From the NCBI RefSeq assembly GCF_009914755.1, contig NC_060928.1: 64,000 bases of DNA; one strand, given 5' to 3'. Position 1 is the first letter of the stretch. Each line of letters opens with the position of its first letter. Both the position numbers and the translations under genes were made by a program. Of this stretch, positions 1 to 15,500 are shown one piece after another. Origin of the DNA: the human T2T-CHM13v2.0 reference genome, Homo sapiens. The notes below the pieces were generated by a model. That model saw only the letters and a list, made by a program, of their open reading frames with translations. It was not told where the DNA came from and searched no databases.

Positions 1-3000
1 AGATGTACAAAGTTAGTTTATGCCAACTGAAACCAAAAAAGAGCAGGAGTAGCTATGCTTATATTAGACAAAATAGATTTCAAGACATAAACTGTAGAAA
101 GAGACAAAGGTCATTATATATGATAAAGGGGTCAATTCAGCAAAAGAATATAACAAATGTAAATATATGTGGACACAACACTGGAGCACCCAGATATATA
201 AAGCAAATATTATTACAGCTTAAGAGAGAGATAGATCTTTGTACAATAATACCTGGAGACTTCAACACCATGCTTTTAGCATTAGACAGATCTTCCAGAC
301 AGAAAATCAACAAAGTAACATTGGACTTAATCTGCACTATAGACAAAATGGATTTAATAGATATTTACAGACCATTTTCTCCAGCAGCTGCAGAATACAT
401 GTTCTTCTCAGCACATGGATCATTCTCAAGGATAGACCATATGTTAGGTCACAAAACAAGTGATAAAACATTCAAAAAATTAAAATATTATCAAGCAAGC
501 ATCTTCTCTGACCACAATGAAATAAAACTAGAGATCAAAACAAGAGAAAATTTTGGAAACTATACAAACACATGAAAATTAAACAATATGCTCCTGAGTG
601 ACCAGTGTGTCAATTAAAAAATTAAGAAGAAAATTGAAAAATTTCTTGAAACAAATGATAATGGAAGCAAAATATATCAAAACCTGTGGGATACATCAAA
701 GGCAGTACTAAGAGGGAAGTTTATACTTGCAAGTACCTACACCAAAAAAGAAGAAAAACTTCAAATAAATAACCTCATGATGCATCTTAAAGAACTAGAA
801 AAGCAAGAGCAAACCAAACCCAAAATTAGTGGAGAAAAGAAATAATAAACATCAGAGCAGAAGTACGTGAAATTTTAAAACAGAAAACAATAAAAAGATC
901 AAGGAAACAAAAATTGTTCTTTAAAAAGATAAACAAAATTGACCAACCTTTAGCCTGACTACCAAGAAAAGAGAGAAGATCCAAATAAATAAAATCAGAG
1001 ATGAAAAAGGAGACATTACAACTGAAACCACAGAAATTCAAAAGATCGTTAGGGGCTACTATGAGCAACTATATGCCAATAAACTGAAAAATCTAGCAGA
1101 AATGAATAAATTTCTAGACACACGCAACCTACCAATATTGAACTATGAAGAAATCTAAAAACTGTACAAACTAATCTGTTAGTTTGAGATCCTCTCCCAT
1201 TAAAGAAAAGCCCAGGACCCAATGGCTTCACTGCTAAAATTCTACCAAACATCTAAATAATAACTAATACCAATCCTGCTGAAATAATTTTGAGAAATAG
1301 AGAAGGGAATAGTTCCAAATTCATTCTGTAAGGCCAGTATTACACTGACACCAAAAATGGACAAAGACACATATAAAACAGAAAAGTACAGGAAAACAAG
1401 GCTGATAAATATTGATGCAAAAAACCTCAACAAAATACTAGCAAACCAAATTCAACAACACATTAAAAAGATTATTAATCATTACCAAATAGCATTTATC
1501 CCACGGATAAATTCAACATATGCAAATCAATGATTCAACATATGCAAATCAGTCAATGTGATACATCATATCAATAGAAAGGAGGACAGAAACCATACGA
1601 TCATTTCAATTGATGCTGAAAAAGCATTTCATAAAATTCAACATCACTTCATATTAATAAATCTCAGAAAACTGGATATAGAAGGAACATACCTCAACAT
1701 AATAAAATCCATATATGACAGACCCAAAGCTAGTATCAGATTGAATGGGAAAAACTGAAAGCCTTTCCTATTAGATATAGAACACAACAAAGGTGCCCAC
1801 TGTCACCACTGTTATTCAACATAGTATTGCAAGTCTTAGCTAGAGCAATCAGAAGAGAGAAAGACATAAAGGGCATAAAAATCGAAAAGGAAGTGGTCAA
1901 ATTATTCTTGTTTGCAGATGATATGATTGTATATTTGGAAAAATCTACCACCAAAAAACTGTTGGAACTGATAAACAAATTCATTAAAGTTGCAGAATAC
2001 AAAATCAACATGCCAACATCTGAAGCATTTGTCTATGCCCACAGTGAACAATATGAAAAAGAAGTCAAGAAAGGAATCTTATTTACAACAGCTAAACAAG
2101 CCAACCAATAAAATTAAGTACCCAGGAATTAACTTAACCAAAGAAGTGAAAGATCTCTACGATGAAAACTGTAAAACATTGATGTAAGCAGTTGAAGAGG
2201 ACACAAGAAATGGAAAAATATTCCATGTTTATAGATTGAAAGGATTAATATTAAATTGAAATGTCCATTCTACAGATTCAATGCAATCCTTATTAATACC
2301 AATGATGCTCTTCATAAAAATAGAAAAAAAAATCCTAAAATTGATATGGAACCACAAAATAGCCAAAGCCATCCTGACAAAAAGAACAAAATTGGAGGAA
2401 TCACACTACTTGACTTCAAATTATACTATAGAGCTATAGTAACCAAAACAGCATGGTATGGGCAGGCATAGAAACAGACACATAGACCAATTAATGGAAC
2501 AGAATGGAGAACCCAGAAACAAGTCCACACATCTACAGTGAACTCATTTTCAAGGTGTCAAGAACATGCTTGGAGAAAAGATAGTATCTTCAATAAACGG
2601 TGCTGGGAAAACTGGATATCCATATGCAGAAGAATGAAACTAGACCCCTGTCTCTTACCACATACAAAAATCAAATCAAGAAAGATTAAAGACTTAAATG
2701 TAAGATCTCAAACTATGAAAATACTACAATAAAACACTGGGAAAACTCTCCAGGACACTGAAGTGGGCAAATATTTTTAAAGTAATACCCAAAAGCACAG
2801 GCAACCAAAGCAAAAATGGACAAATGGGATCGCATCAAGTTAAAAATCTTCTGCCCAGCAAAGGCGGTACTTGTACTCCTATGTTTATTGCAGCACTATT
2901 CACAATAAATGATCACCAACAGATAAATGGGTAAAGAAAATGTGATACATATACACAATGGAGTACTATTCAGCCATAATAAAGAATGAGATCTTGTCAT

Positions 3001-3450
3001 TTGGAAGACATGGGCAGAACTGGAGATCAATATGTTAAGAGAAATAAGCCAGGCACAGAAAGACAAACTTCACATGTTCTCACTCATGTGTGGGAGCTAA
3101 AAATTAAAATGATTGAATGCATGGAGATAGAGAGTAGAAGGAAAGTTCCCAGATTCTGGGAAGGGTAATGGGGGAGGGGAGACTGGAGGTGGTTACCACT
3201 AAGAAAGTAGGAATTAGAACTAATATTTGATAGCACAACAATTATAGTCAATAATAATTTAATTATACATATAAAAATAACTAAGAGTGTAATTAGATTG
3301 TTTGTAACAAAAAGGATAAATTTTTGAGGTAATAAATTCCACATTTATCCTGATGTGATTACACATTGTATGCCTGTATCAAAATATCTCATGTACCTCA
3401 TAAATATATACCCCTACCATGTACCCACAAAAATTAAAAACTTTAAAAAT
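1..3450 (+). mobile_element. Old LINE-1 (L1MA/L1PB-type): ORF2 and 3' UTR, runs off the left edge
   Basis: Disrupted ORF2 peptides (endonuclease IKGSIQQ..GDFNT..SRIDHML..SDHNEIKLEI; [13 protein letters not shown]); L1MA-style 3' end ATGTACCCACAAAAATTAAAAA near 3420-3440; internal deletion near 2865. Confidence 0.93.
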
Positions 3451-3454
3451 TAAG

Positions 3455-3660
3455 TGTAAGATATATACTATATTATCAATAGTATGAAAAAATAATGTAA
3501 AATATTTCATTATTATGTTACATTATATACTGGAATTAAATACATAATTAAAATAAAATGTTGTTAAAACTAATTTCATCTGTTTTTTTCAACTTTTTAA
3601 AATATGGCTACTAAATAGGTACCTATGCAACTTACATTTAGTTCTACTGGACAGAAGCTG
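3455..3660 (+). mobile_element. hAT-Charlie MITE remnant (MER3/MER33-like)
   Basis: End TACATTTAGTTCTACTGGACAGAAGCTG resembles the recalled MER3/MER33 terminus. Confidence 0.5.
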
Positions 3661-3866
3661 ACATAGAACCATTAGGATTACATATTTTCAAAATATTATT
3701 ACTTGACCTCTCTTTATATTAATTCCATCTATAATATTGAGAGAGCCAGAATGAAGGCTGGGCAGTAGTGTCTGAATGTGCACAGCACAGCTGGCACAAC
3801 TGTTACTAGCTGTTCTAAAGTAAGGAATGTTTGAAACAGAATACTAAAGTCATCAAGCCAACCTCA

Positions 3867-4352
3867 TGGTCTGGATATTGACCTCTGGCATCCAGAATCC
3901 ATGTGGACCATCTTTAATATTTCCTTTATATTGCATGGGTTGAAAGGTTAGACTATAAATTTTCCAGACTCCTTGACCACTAGCCTTATGAATATGATTG
4001 AGGTTCTCTGCCAATGAGATCCAACCATGTAAATTTTGGAAGGTAGAAGGAAGGCAGAAGCCATTCCCTTTCCTGTGTCAATGGTTCTTGAGGACATTGT
4101 ACTCTACATTTTATTCTCTAGTCACTGGTTTTTGGAGTGGTGGCAGCCATTAAATTGATCACCATTTTCCACTGATTCCTGATCTCTGGATGACAATTGT
4201 AGTGCTATTACTCTGACACCTAGTGACAGCTCTCTGATCTCCCTGTCTCTAGCCCTTCCAAAAATTTTACAAACATCTAATAATCTGTATAAATAACTTC
4301 TTTGTTAAAAAGCCTAAAATGGTTTCTATCTCCTGTACTAAACACTGCAACA
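3867..4352 (+). mobile_element. ERVL solo LTR (LTR33-like), apparently nested in a MIR
   Basis: TTTCCAGACTCCTTG..GGTTCTCTGCCAATGAGAT..TTTGGAAGGTAGAAG and end TGGTTTCTATCTCCTGTACTAAACACTG match recalled LTR33; MIR-like CAGATGAGGAAA follows. Confidence 0.65.
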
Positions 4353-5829
4353 TTTCTCAGCAGATGAGGAAAATAAATCTGTAGAGTTGATTCAGGCCAG
4401 AAAGAGTCCACGGCAGGAATTGGAGTAGAATTAGGCCACTCATAATGTTGATTCTGGCTTCTGTACCTTCAAGAAAATATAAGATGATATTTACCTACTC
4501 AGCATGTACCTGGAAGCCCCTAAAGTTTTCAGAAGAGAAAATGACATTATTAAAATTATTCTTTAGAAAATGTAATGTCATGGAGCATCTATGAAAAGGT
4601 AGAGATTAGTATCTTCAAGAACAGATAGGAGACAATTATAATAGTTCAGACAAATTATAGGAAGGACTTAAACTTAGGCAAAGAAGTGTAAATCAAAAGG
4701 AAGAACTGGAGTTGAGTGAAATTGTGTAATAAAAATTGACAAAAGTTGGGAAATATGACCCATTAGGGAAGGGCCAAAAATTAGCCTAAATTTCCAGGAT
4801 TCCTATTTGTTCAGAGGGCAGACAGGTCAACAAGAGAAAAAAGAACAATAATATTTTTAAATTTAGGAGTGGCAGACATGATTAATTGTTGAGGATGGTT
4901 GAATTTGAGATTAATATGGACTATCTAGATAATGATTCTGGGCAGGAGCTGAGAGGGAACACAGATAACAGAAGAACTGATACTGAGGACCATAAGAAAT
5001 TCTGAAGAGCAGGTGAAAAGAGAAAATGAGAATATGACCAAAGGCAAAATCTTAGTGTCTTATCCATATTTTGGAATCTAAGTAAAGTAAAGAAATTGAA
5101 TGATCAGAGAATGCAAACTGGCATAATGAAATGTTAAAGGTAGAGAAGGTAAAATAAAAGTATTTAATAAAGTTATATCATTTAAAGAAACAAGAGAAGG
5201 AGGGCTCAGGAACACTAATGAATTTGGCAATAAGGTGAATTTCTTTTGAATTTGTCACTACTAACAATTTTCTAAGCTGACTGATTTAAATTTCAGTCTC
5301 TTTTCCTAAAAAAAAAAGGACAACTATAAAGCATCCAAAAAATAGTCATGTGGGAAAAGAAAAAAAGTCCAAATATTTTAACGTTTCTGCCTGAGGGACT
5401 ATTTTGTTTGTATGCTTGTGATGTTTCTTTTGGATAAGATGAGGTGGGGGGTGAGCCGTAATAAAAATAAGTAAATAACATAGGATTAACAAAACCTTTC
5501 TTTTCCATTGTGCCAGCTGGTGACAACTTTCAGTTTAAATGACATCATATTATCATATCATATTTATTTCTACTGATAGCCTTAGGAAAAGTTGCTACAT
5601 AACAAAGGTTTATAATACAGTTGTATTCAGATATATTTCTCTTAGAAAAAATGCAAGAAACAAACACTAAAATGACACCTTCCATTTTCAGACAAAATAC
5701 CTGGATTAGGTCATGACCACTATTCTTTAAGTTGGAAAGGAGAAGCAAATACTTTCAAATTTTTCCATTTATAGAACTGATAAACATGATTCATGATTAA
5801 TTTATTTAATAGCTACACAAGGTCTGTTC

Positions 5830-5839
5830 CAAGATGGCC
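5830..5839 (+). promoter_or_regulatory. YY1 site of the L1 internal promoter
   Basis: CAAGATGGCC at about +10 of the L1 5' end, the canonical position. Confidence 0.85.
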
Positions 5840-6849
5840 AAATAGGAACAGCTCAGGTCTGCAGCTCCCTGCGTTATCGATGCAGAAGACGGGTGATTTC
5901 TGCATTTCCAATTGAGGTACCTGGTTCATCTCATTGGGACTGATTGGACAGTGGATGCAGCCCACAGAGGGTGAGCCAAAGCAGGCTGGGGCATCACCTC
6001 ACCTGGGAAGTGCAAGGGGTTGGGGGATTTGCCTTTCCTAGGCAAAGGAAGCTGTGACAGGCTCTACCGGGAAAATCAGGACACTGCCACCTAAACACTG
6101 CACTTTTCCAAAGATCTTAACAAACGGCACACCAGGAGATTATATCCTGTGCCAGGCTCAGTGGGTCCCACGCCCATGGAGACTTGCTCACAGCTAGTCC
6201 CAGATCGAAATGTGAGGCGGCATGCCTGATTGGGGGAGGGGTGTCTGCCATTGCTGAGGCTTGAGTAGGTAAACAAAGCAGCCAGGAAGCTCAAACTGGG
6301 TGGAGCCCACCACAGCTCAAGGAGGCCAGCCTGCCTCTGTAGACTCCACCTCTGGGGCAGGGCATAGCTGAACAAAAGGCAGCAGAAACTTCTGCAGACT
6401 TAAATGTCCCTGTCTGACAGCTCTGAAGAAAGCAGTGGTTCTCCCAGCACAGTGTTTGAGTTCTGAGAATGGACAGACTGCATCCTCAAGTGGGTCCCTA
6501 ACCCCTGTGTAGCCTAACTCGGAGACACCTTCCAGTAGGGGCTGACTGACACCTCATACAGCCGGGTGCCCCTCTGAGACGAAGCTTCCAGAGGAAGGAT
6601 CAGGCAGCAATATTTGCTGTTCTGCAATATTTGCTGTTCTGCAGCCTCCACTGGTGATACCCAGGCAAACAGGTCTGGAGTGGACCTCCAACAAACTCCA
6701 ACAGACCTGCAGCTGAGGGATCTGACTGTTAGAAGGAAAACTAACAAACAGAAAGGAATAGCATCATCATCAACAAAAAGGACATCCACACCAAAACCCC
6801 ATCTGTAGGTCACCATCATCAAAGACCAAACGTAGATAAAACCACAAAG

Positions 6850-7859
6850 ATGGGGATACACCAGAGCAGAAAAGCTGAAAATTCTAAAAACCAGAGCACC
6901 TCTTCTCCTCTAAAGGATTGCAGCTCCTTGCCAGCTATTGAACAAAACTGGATGGAGAATGACTTTGATGAGTTGACAGAAGTAGGCTTCAGAAGGTCAA
7001 TAATAACAAACTTCTTCAAACTAAAGGAGAATGTTCAAACCCAACGCAAGGAAGCTAAAAACCTTGAAAAAAGGTTAGACGAATGACTAAGTAGAATAAA
7101 CAGTGTAGAGAAGACCTTAAATGACCTGATGGAGCTGAAAACCATGGCACGAGAACTATGTAACACATGCACAAGCTTCAGTAGCCAATTCGATCAAGTG
7201 GAAGAAAGAGTATCAGTGATTGAAGATCAGATTAATGAAATGAAGTGAGAAGTTTAGAGAAAAAAGATTAAAAAGAAACAAACAAAGCCTCTAAGAAATA
7301 TGGAACTATGTAAAAAGACCAAATCTACGTTTGATTGGTGTACCTGAAAGTGACAGGGAGAATGGAACCAAGCTGGAAAACACTGTTCAGGATATTATCC
7401 AGGAGAACTTCCCAAACCCAGCAAGGCAGGCCAACGTTCAAATTCAGGAAATACAGAGAACACCACAAAGATACTCCTCAAGAAGAGCAACCCCAAGACA
7501 CATAATTGTCAGATTCACCAAAGATGAAATGAAGGAAAAAATGTTAAGGGCAATCAGAGAGAAAGGTCAGGTTACCCACAAAGTGAACCCCATCAGACTA
7601 ACAGCAGATCTCTCGGCAGAAACTCTACAAGCCAGAAGAGATTGGGGGCCAATGCTTAAAGAAAAGAATTTTCAATCCAGAATTTCATATTTGCCAAACT
7701 AAGCTTCATAAGTGAAGGAGAAATAAAATCCTTTACAGACAAGGAAAAGCTGAGAGATTTTGTCACCACTAGGCCTGCCTTACTAGGGCTCCTGAAGGAA
7801 CACTAAACATGGAAAGGAAAAACCGGTACCAGCCACTGCAAAAACATGTCAAATTGTAA
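6850..7859 (+). pseudogene. L1 ORF1p (disrupted)
   Basis: MGIHQSRKAENSK start, IGVPESDRENGTKLEN..QENFPN, TAA at 7857-7859; internal stops and frameshifts. Confidence 0.93.
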
Positions 7860-7922
7860 AGACCATCAGTGCTAGGAAAAGACTACATCAACTAATGGGC
7901 TAAATAACCAGCTAATATCATA

Positions 7923-11752
<3,830 letters not shown>

Positions 11753-12120
11753 ACAATGAGAACCCTTGGACACAGGATGGGGAACATCACACACTGGGGC
11801 CTGTCATGGGGTCGGGGGATGGGGGAGGGATAGCATTAGGAGAAATAACTAATGTAAATGATGAGTTAATGGGTGCAGCAAACCAACATGGCAAATGTAT
11901 ACATATGTAACAAACCTGCACGTTGTGCACATGTACCCTACAACTCAAAGTATAATAAATAAAAAAAATTTAAAAAATAATAGCTATACAACATTTCAAA
12001 AATTTGTTCATGAGACATAAATTATTAAAATAAAATAAAATGTAAGCTGATATTATACTTCTATAAAATAAGCATCTCCAGTGGTTTACCTTAAGGCACA
12101 TAAAGAATACCTGAATAATT

Positions 12121-12387
12121 TTTTTTTTTTTGAGACAGGGTCTCTGTCACCCAGGCTGAAGTGCAATGGTGCAATCACAGCTCACTTTATCCTCAGATGA
12201 TCCTCCCACCTCAGCCTCCCGAGTAGCTGGAATTAAAGGAGCATACTACGGCTAATTTTTGCACTTTTCTTAGAGATGAGGTTTCACCATGTTGTCCAGG
12301 CTGGTCTCAAACTCCTGGGCTCAAGTCATCTGCCCACCTTGTCCTCCCAAAGTTCTAGGTTACAGGAGTGAGCCATCACACCTGGCC
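12121..12387 (-). mobile_element. AluJ with internal deletions
   Basis: Poly(T), GAGACAGGGTCT..CTCCTGGGCTCAAG; TSD TGAATAATT at 12112-12120 and 12389-12397. Confidence 0.9.
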
Positions 12388-12559
12388 TTGAATAATTATA
12401 AAAATGTAGAATCTATTAAAGATCCAAAGGCATTAATGTTCTAATTATGATTAACTAGCCTTTTTGATTTTTATTATGCTAGATAAGTTGCAGAAGTAAA
12501 TTATTTCTTTTTTATTTTTAAATTATTTTTATTTTTTTTTATTAAAAATTCTTTTCTTT

Positions 12560-15500
12560 CCAACTTTTATTTTAGGTTCAGAGGATGCAGGTTTGTTACA
12601 TGGGTAAATTGTATGTCATGGGGATTTGGTGTACAGATTATTTCATCACCCTGGTACTGAACATAGTACCCAACAGGTAGTTTTTCGATCCTCACATTCC
12701 TCTCAGTCTCCACCCTCGACTAGGCCCTAGTGTCTATTGTTCCCTTCTTTGTGGCCATATGTACTCAGTGTTTACCTCCCACTTATACTGAGGACATGTG
12801 GTATTTGGCTTTCTGTTGCTATGTTAATTGCTTAGGATAACGGCCTTCTGCTTCACCCATGTTGCTGCAAAAGACATGATTTTGCTGTTTTGTATGGTTT
12901 ATAGTATTCCACGGTGTATGTGTATCACATTTTCTTTATCCAGTCTACAATTGATGGGCATCTACACTGATTCTATGTCTCTGCTATTGCGAATAGGGCT
13001 GTGATGGACATACATGTGTATCTTTAGGGTAGAATGATTTACATTCCTTTGGTAAATACTCAATAATGAAATTGCAAGGGTCAAACGGTAGTTCTGTTTT
13101 AAGTTATTTGAGAAATCTCCAAACTGCCTTCCACAGTAGCTGAACTAATTTACATGCCCACCAACAGTATATAAGCATTCCCATTTTTCCACAGCCTTGC
13201 CAGTGTGGGTTATTTTGTGGCTGTTAGTTATAGCCATTTGGACTGGTGTCAGACAATATTGCATTATGGTTTGGGTTTGCATTTCTCTAATGATGAGTGA
13301 TGTTAAGCATTTTTTCATATGCTTGTTGGCCATATGTATGTCCTCTTTTCAGAAGTGTCTGTTCATGGCCTTTGCCCACTTTTAATTTGGTTGTTTTGTT
13401 TTTTAATTGTTAATTTAAGTTCCTTTTAGATGCTGGATATTAAAACTTTGTTGGATGCGTAGTTCACAAATACTTTACTTTCTCCCATTCTGTAGGGTGT
13501 CTATTTACTCTGTTGATAGTTTATTTTGCTGCACAGAAGCTCTTTAGTTTAATTAGTTCCCACTTGTTAATTTTTGTTTTTGTCACAGTTGCTTTTGGAG
13601 TCTTCATCATAAAATCTTTGCCAGGACTGATGTCCAGAATGGTATTTCCTAGGTTTTCTTCTAGGGCATTTATAGTTTTAGGTTTTCAAATTTAAGTCTT
13701 TAATCAATCTTGAGTAGGTTTTTGTATTTGGTGGAAGGAAGGGATCCTGTGTTAATCTTCTGCATATGGCTAAACAACTGTGCAGCACCATTTATTGAAT
13801 AGGGAGCCTTTTCCCTATTGCTTGATAATACGGGCTTTGTCAAAGAACAGACGGTTGTAGGTGTGTGTTTTTATATCTGGGTTCTCTAACCTGTTCCATT
13901 GGTCTATGTGTCTGTTTTTGTACCACTACCATGCTGTTTTGGTTACTGTAGCCCTATAATATTGTTTTTGTGTCACATGATGCCTCCAGCTTTGTTGTTT
14001 TGCTTAGGATTGCCTTAGCTACTCAGGCCTTTTATTGGACTTATATGAATTTTAAAATAATTTTTTTCTAGTTCTGTGAAGAATGTCATTGGTAGTTTTA
14101 TATAAATAGCATTGAATCTGTAAATTGCTTTGGTCAGTATAGCCATTTTAATGATAGTGATTCCTCCTATTTGTGAGCATAAAATACTTTTCATGTCTTT
14201 GTGTCATCTCTGATTTTTTTTCAGTGGTATTTTCTAATTCTCACTGTAGAGATATTTCACTTCCCTGGTTATCTGTGTTCCTAAGCATTTAGTTCTTTTT
14301 GTGTCTATTGCAAATGGGATTGCATTATTGATTTGGCTCTCAGCTTGAACATTATTGGTGTATAGAAATGTTACTAATTTTGTACATTGATTTTGTATCC
14401 TGAAACTTTAATGAAGTTGTTTATCAGATATAGAAGCCTTTGGGCAGAGACCATAGGATTTTCTAGGTATAGAATTACATTGCCTGTGAAGAAAGATAAT
14501 TTGATTTACTGTCTTCATATTTGGACACCTTTTATTTCTTTCTCTTGCCTGATTGTTCTGGCTAGGACTTCCAGTACTATGTTTAATAAGAGTGATGAGA
14601 GTGGGTATCTTTGTCTTGTTCTAGTTCTTAAGGGGAATGCTTCCAACTTTTGCCCATTCAGTATAACATTTGCCATAGATGGCTCTTATTTTGAAGCATG
14701 TTCCCTTGATGCCTAGTTTGTTGAAGGTTTTTAACATAAAGGAATGTTGAATTTTATTGAAAGCCTTTTCTGTGTCTATTGAGATGATCATGTGGGTTTC
14801 CTGTTTGTTTGTTTGTTTTTACTTCTCTTTATTTGATGAATCATATTTACTGACTTGCATAGTGGAATCAACCTTGCATCCCAAGAATAGAGCCTACTTG
14901 ATTATGGTGGATTATATTTTGGATGTACTGCTGGATTTGGTTTGCTAGTATTTTGTTAAAGATTTTTGCATCTATATTTCTCAAGGATATTGGCCTGAAG
15001 TTTTCTCTTTTAGTTATGTCTCTGCTAGGTTTCGGTATCCGAATGATACTGGCCTCATGGTACGAGTTAGGGAGGAATTCCTCCTCTTCAATTTTTTGAA
15101 ATAATTTCTGTAGGAGTGTTATCAGCTTTTCTTTATATGTCTAGTAGAATTTGGATGTGAAACCTTCTGGAAAGGGGCTTCTTCTAGTTAGTAGATATTT
15201 TATTAGTAATTCAATTTCAGAACTTGTTATTGGTCTTTTCAGGGTTTAAATTTCTTCCTGGTTCAATCTTGCGAGGTCATATGTTTCCAGAAAATTATCC
15301 ATTTCTTCCAGATTTTCTAGTTTGTGTGCATACGGTATTCATAATAGTCTTTGAGGGTGTTTTGTATTTCTGTGGGGTCAGTGGTAATGTCTTCTTTGTC
15401 ATTTCTGATTATATTTATTTGGATCTTCTGTCTTCTTAAAATTAGTTTAGTGATCTATCAATCTTAATTATTCTTTTGAAGAACCAACTTTTAGTTTCAT

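Noticed and set aside
6608-6642. Tandem CAATATTTGCTGTTCTG in the L1 5' UTR
   Set aside because: Recalled as a subfamily consensus feature, not locus-specific
11807-11829. G-quadruplex-like G runs (also near 52638-52660)
   Set aside because: Standard L1 3' UTR polypurine tract
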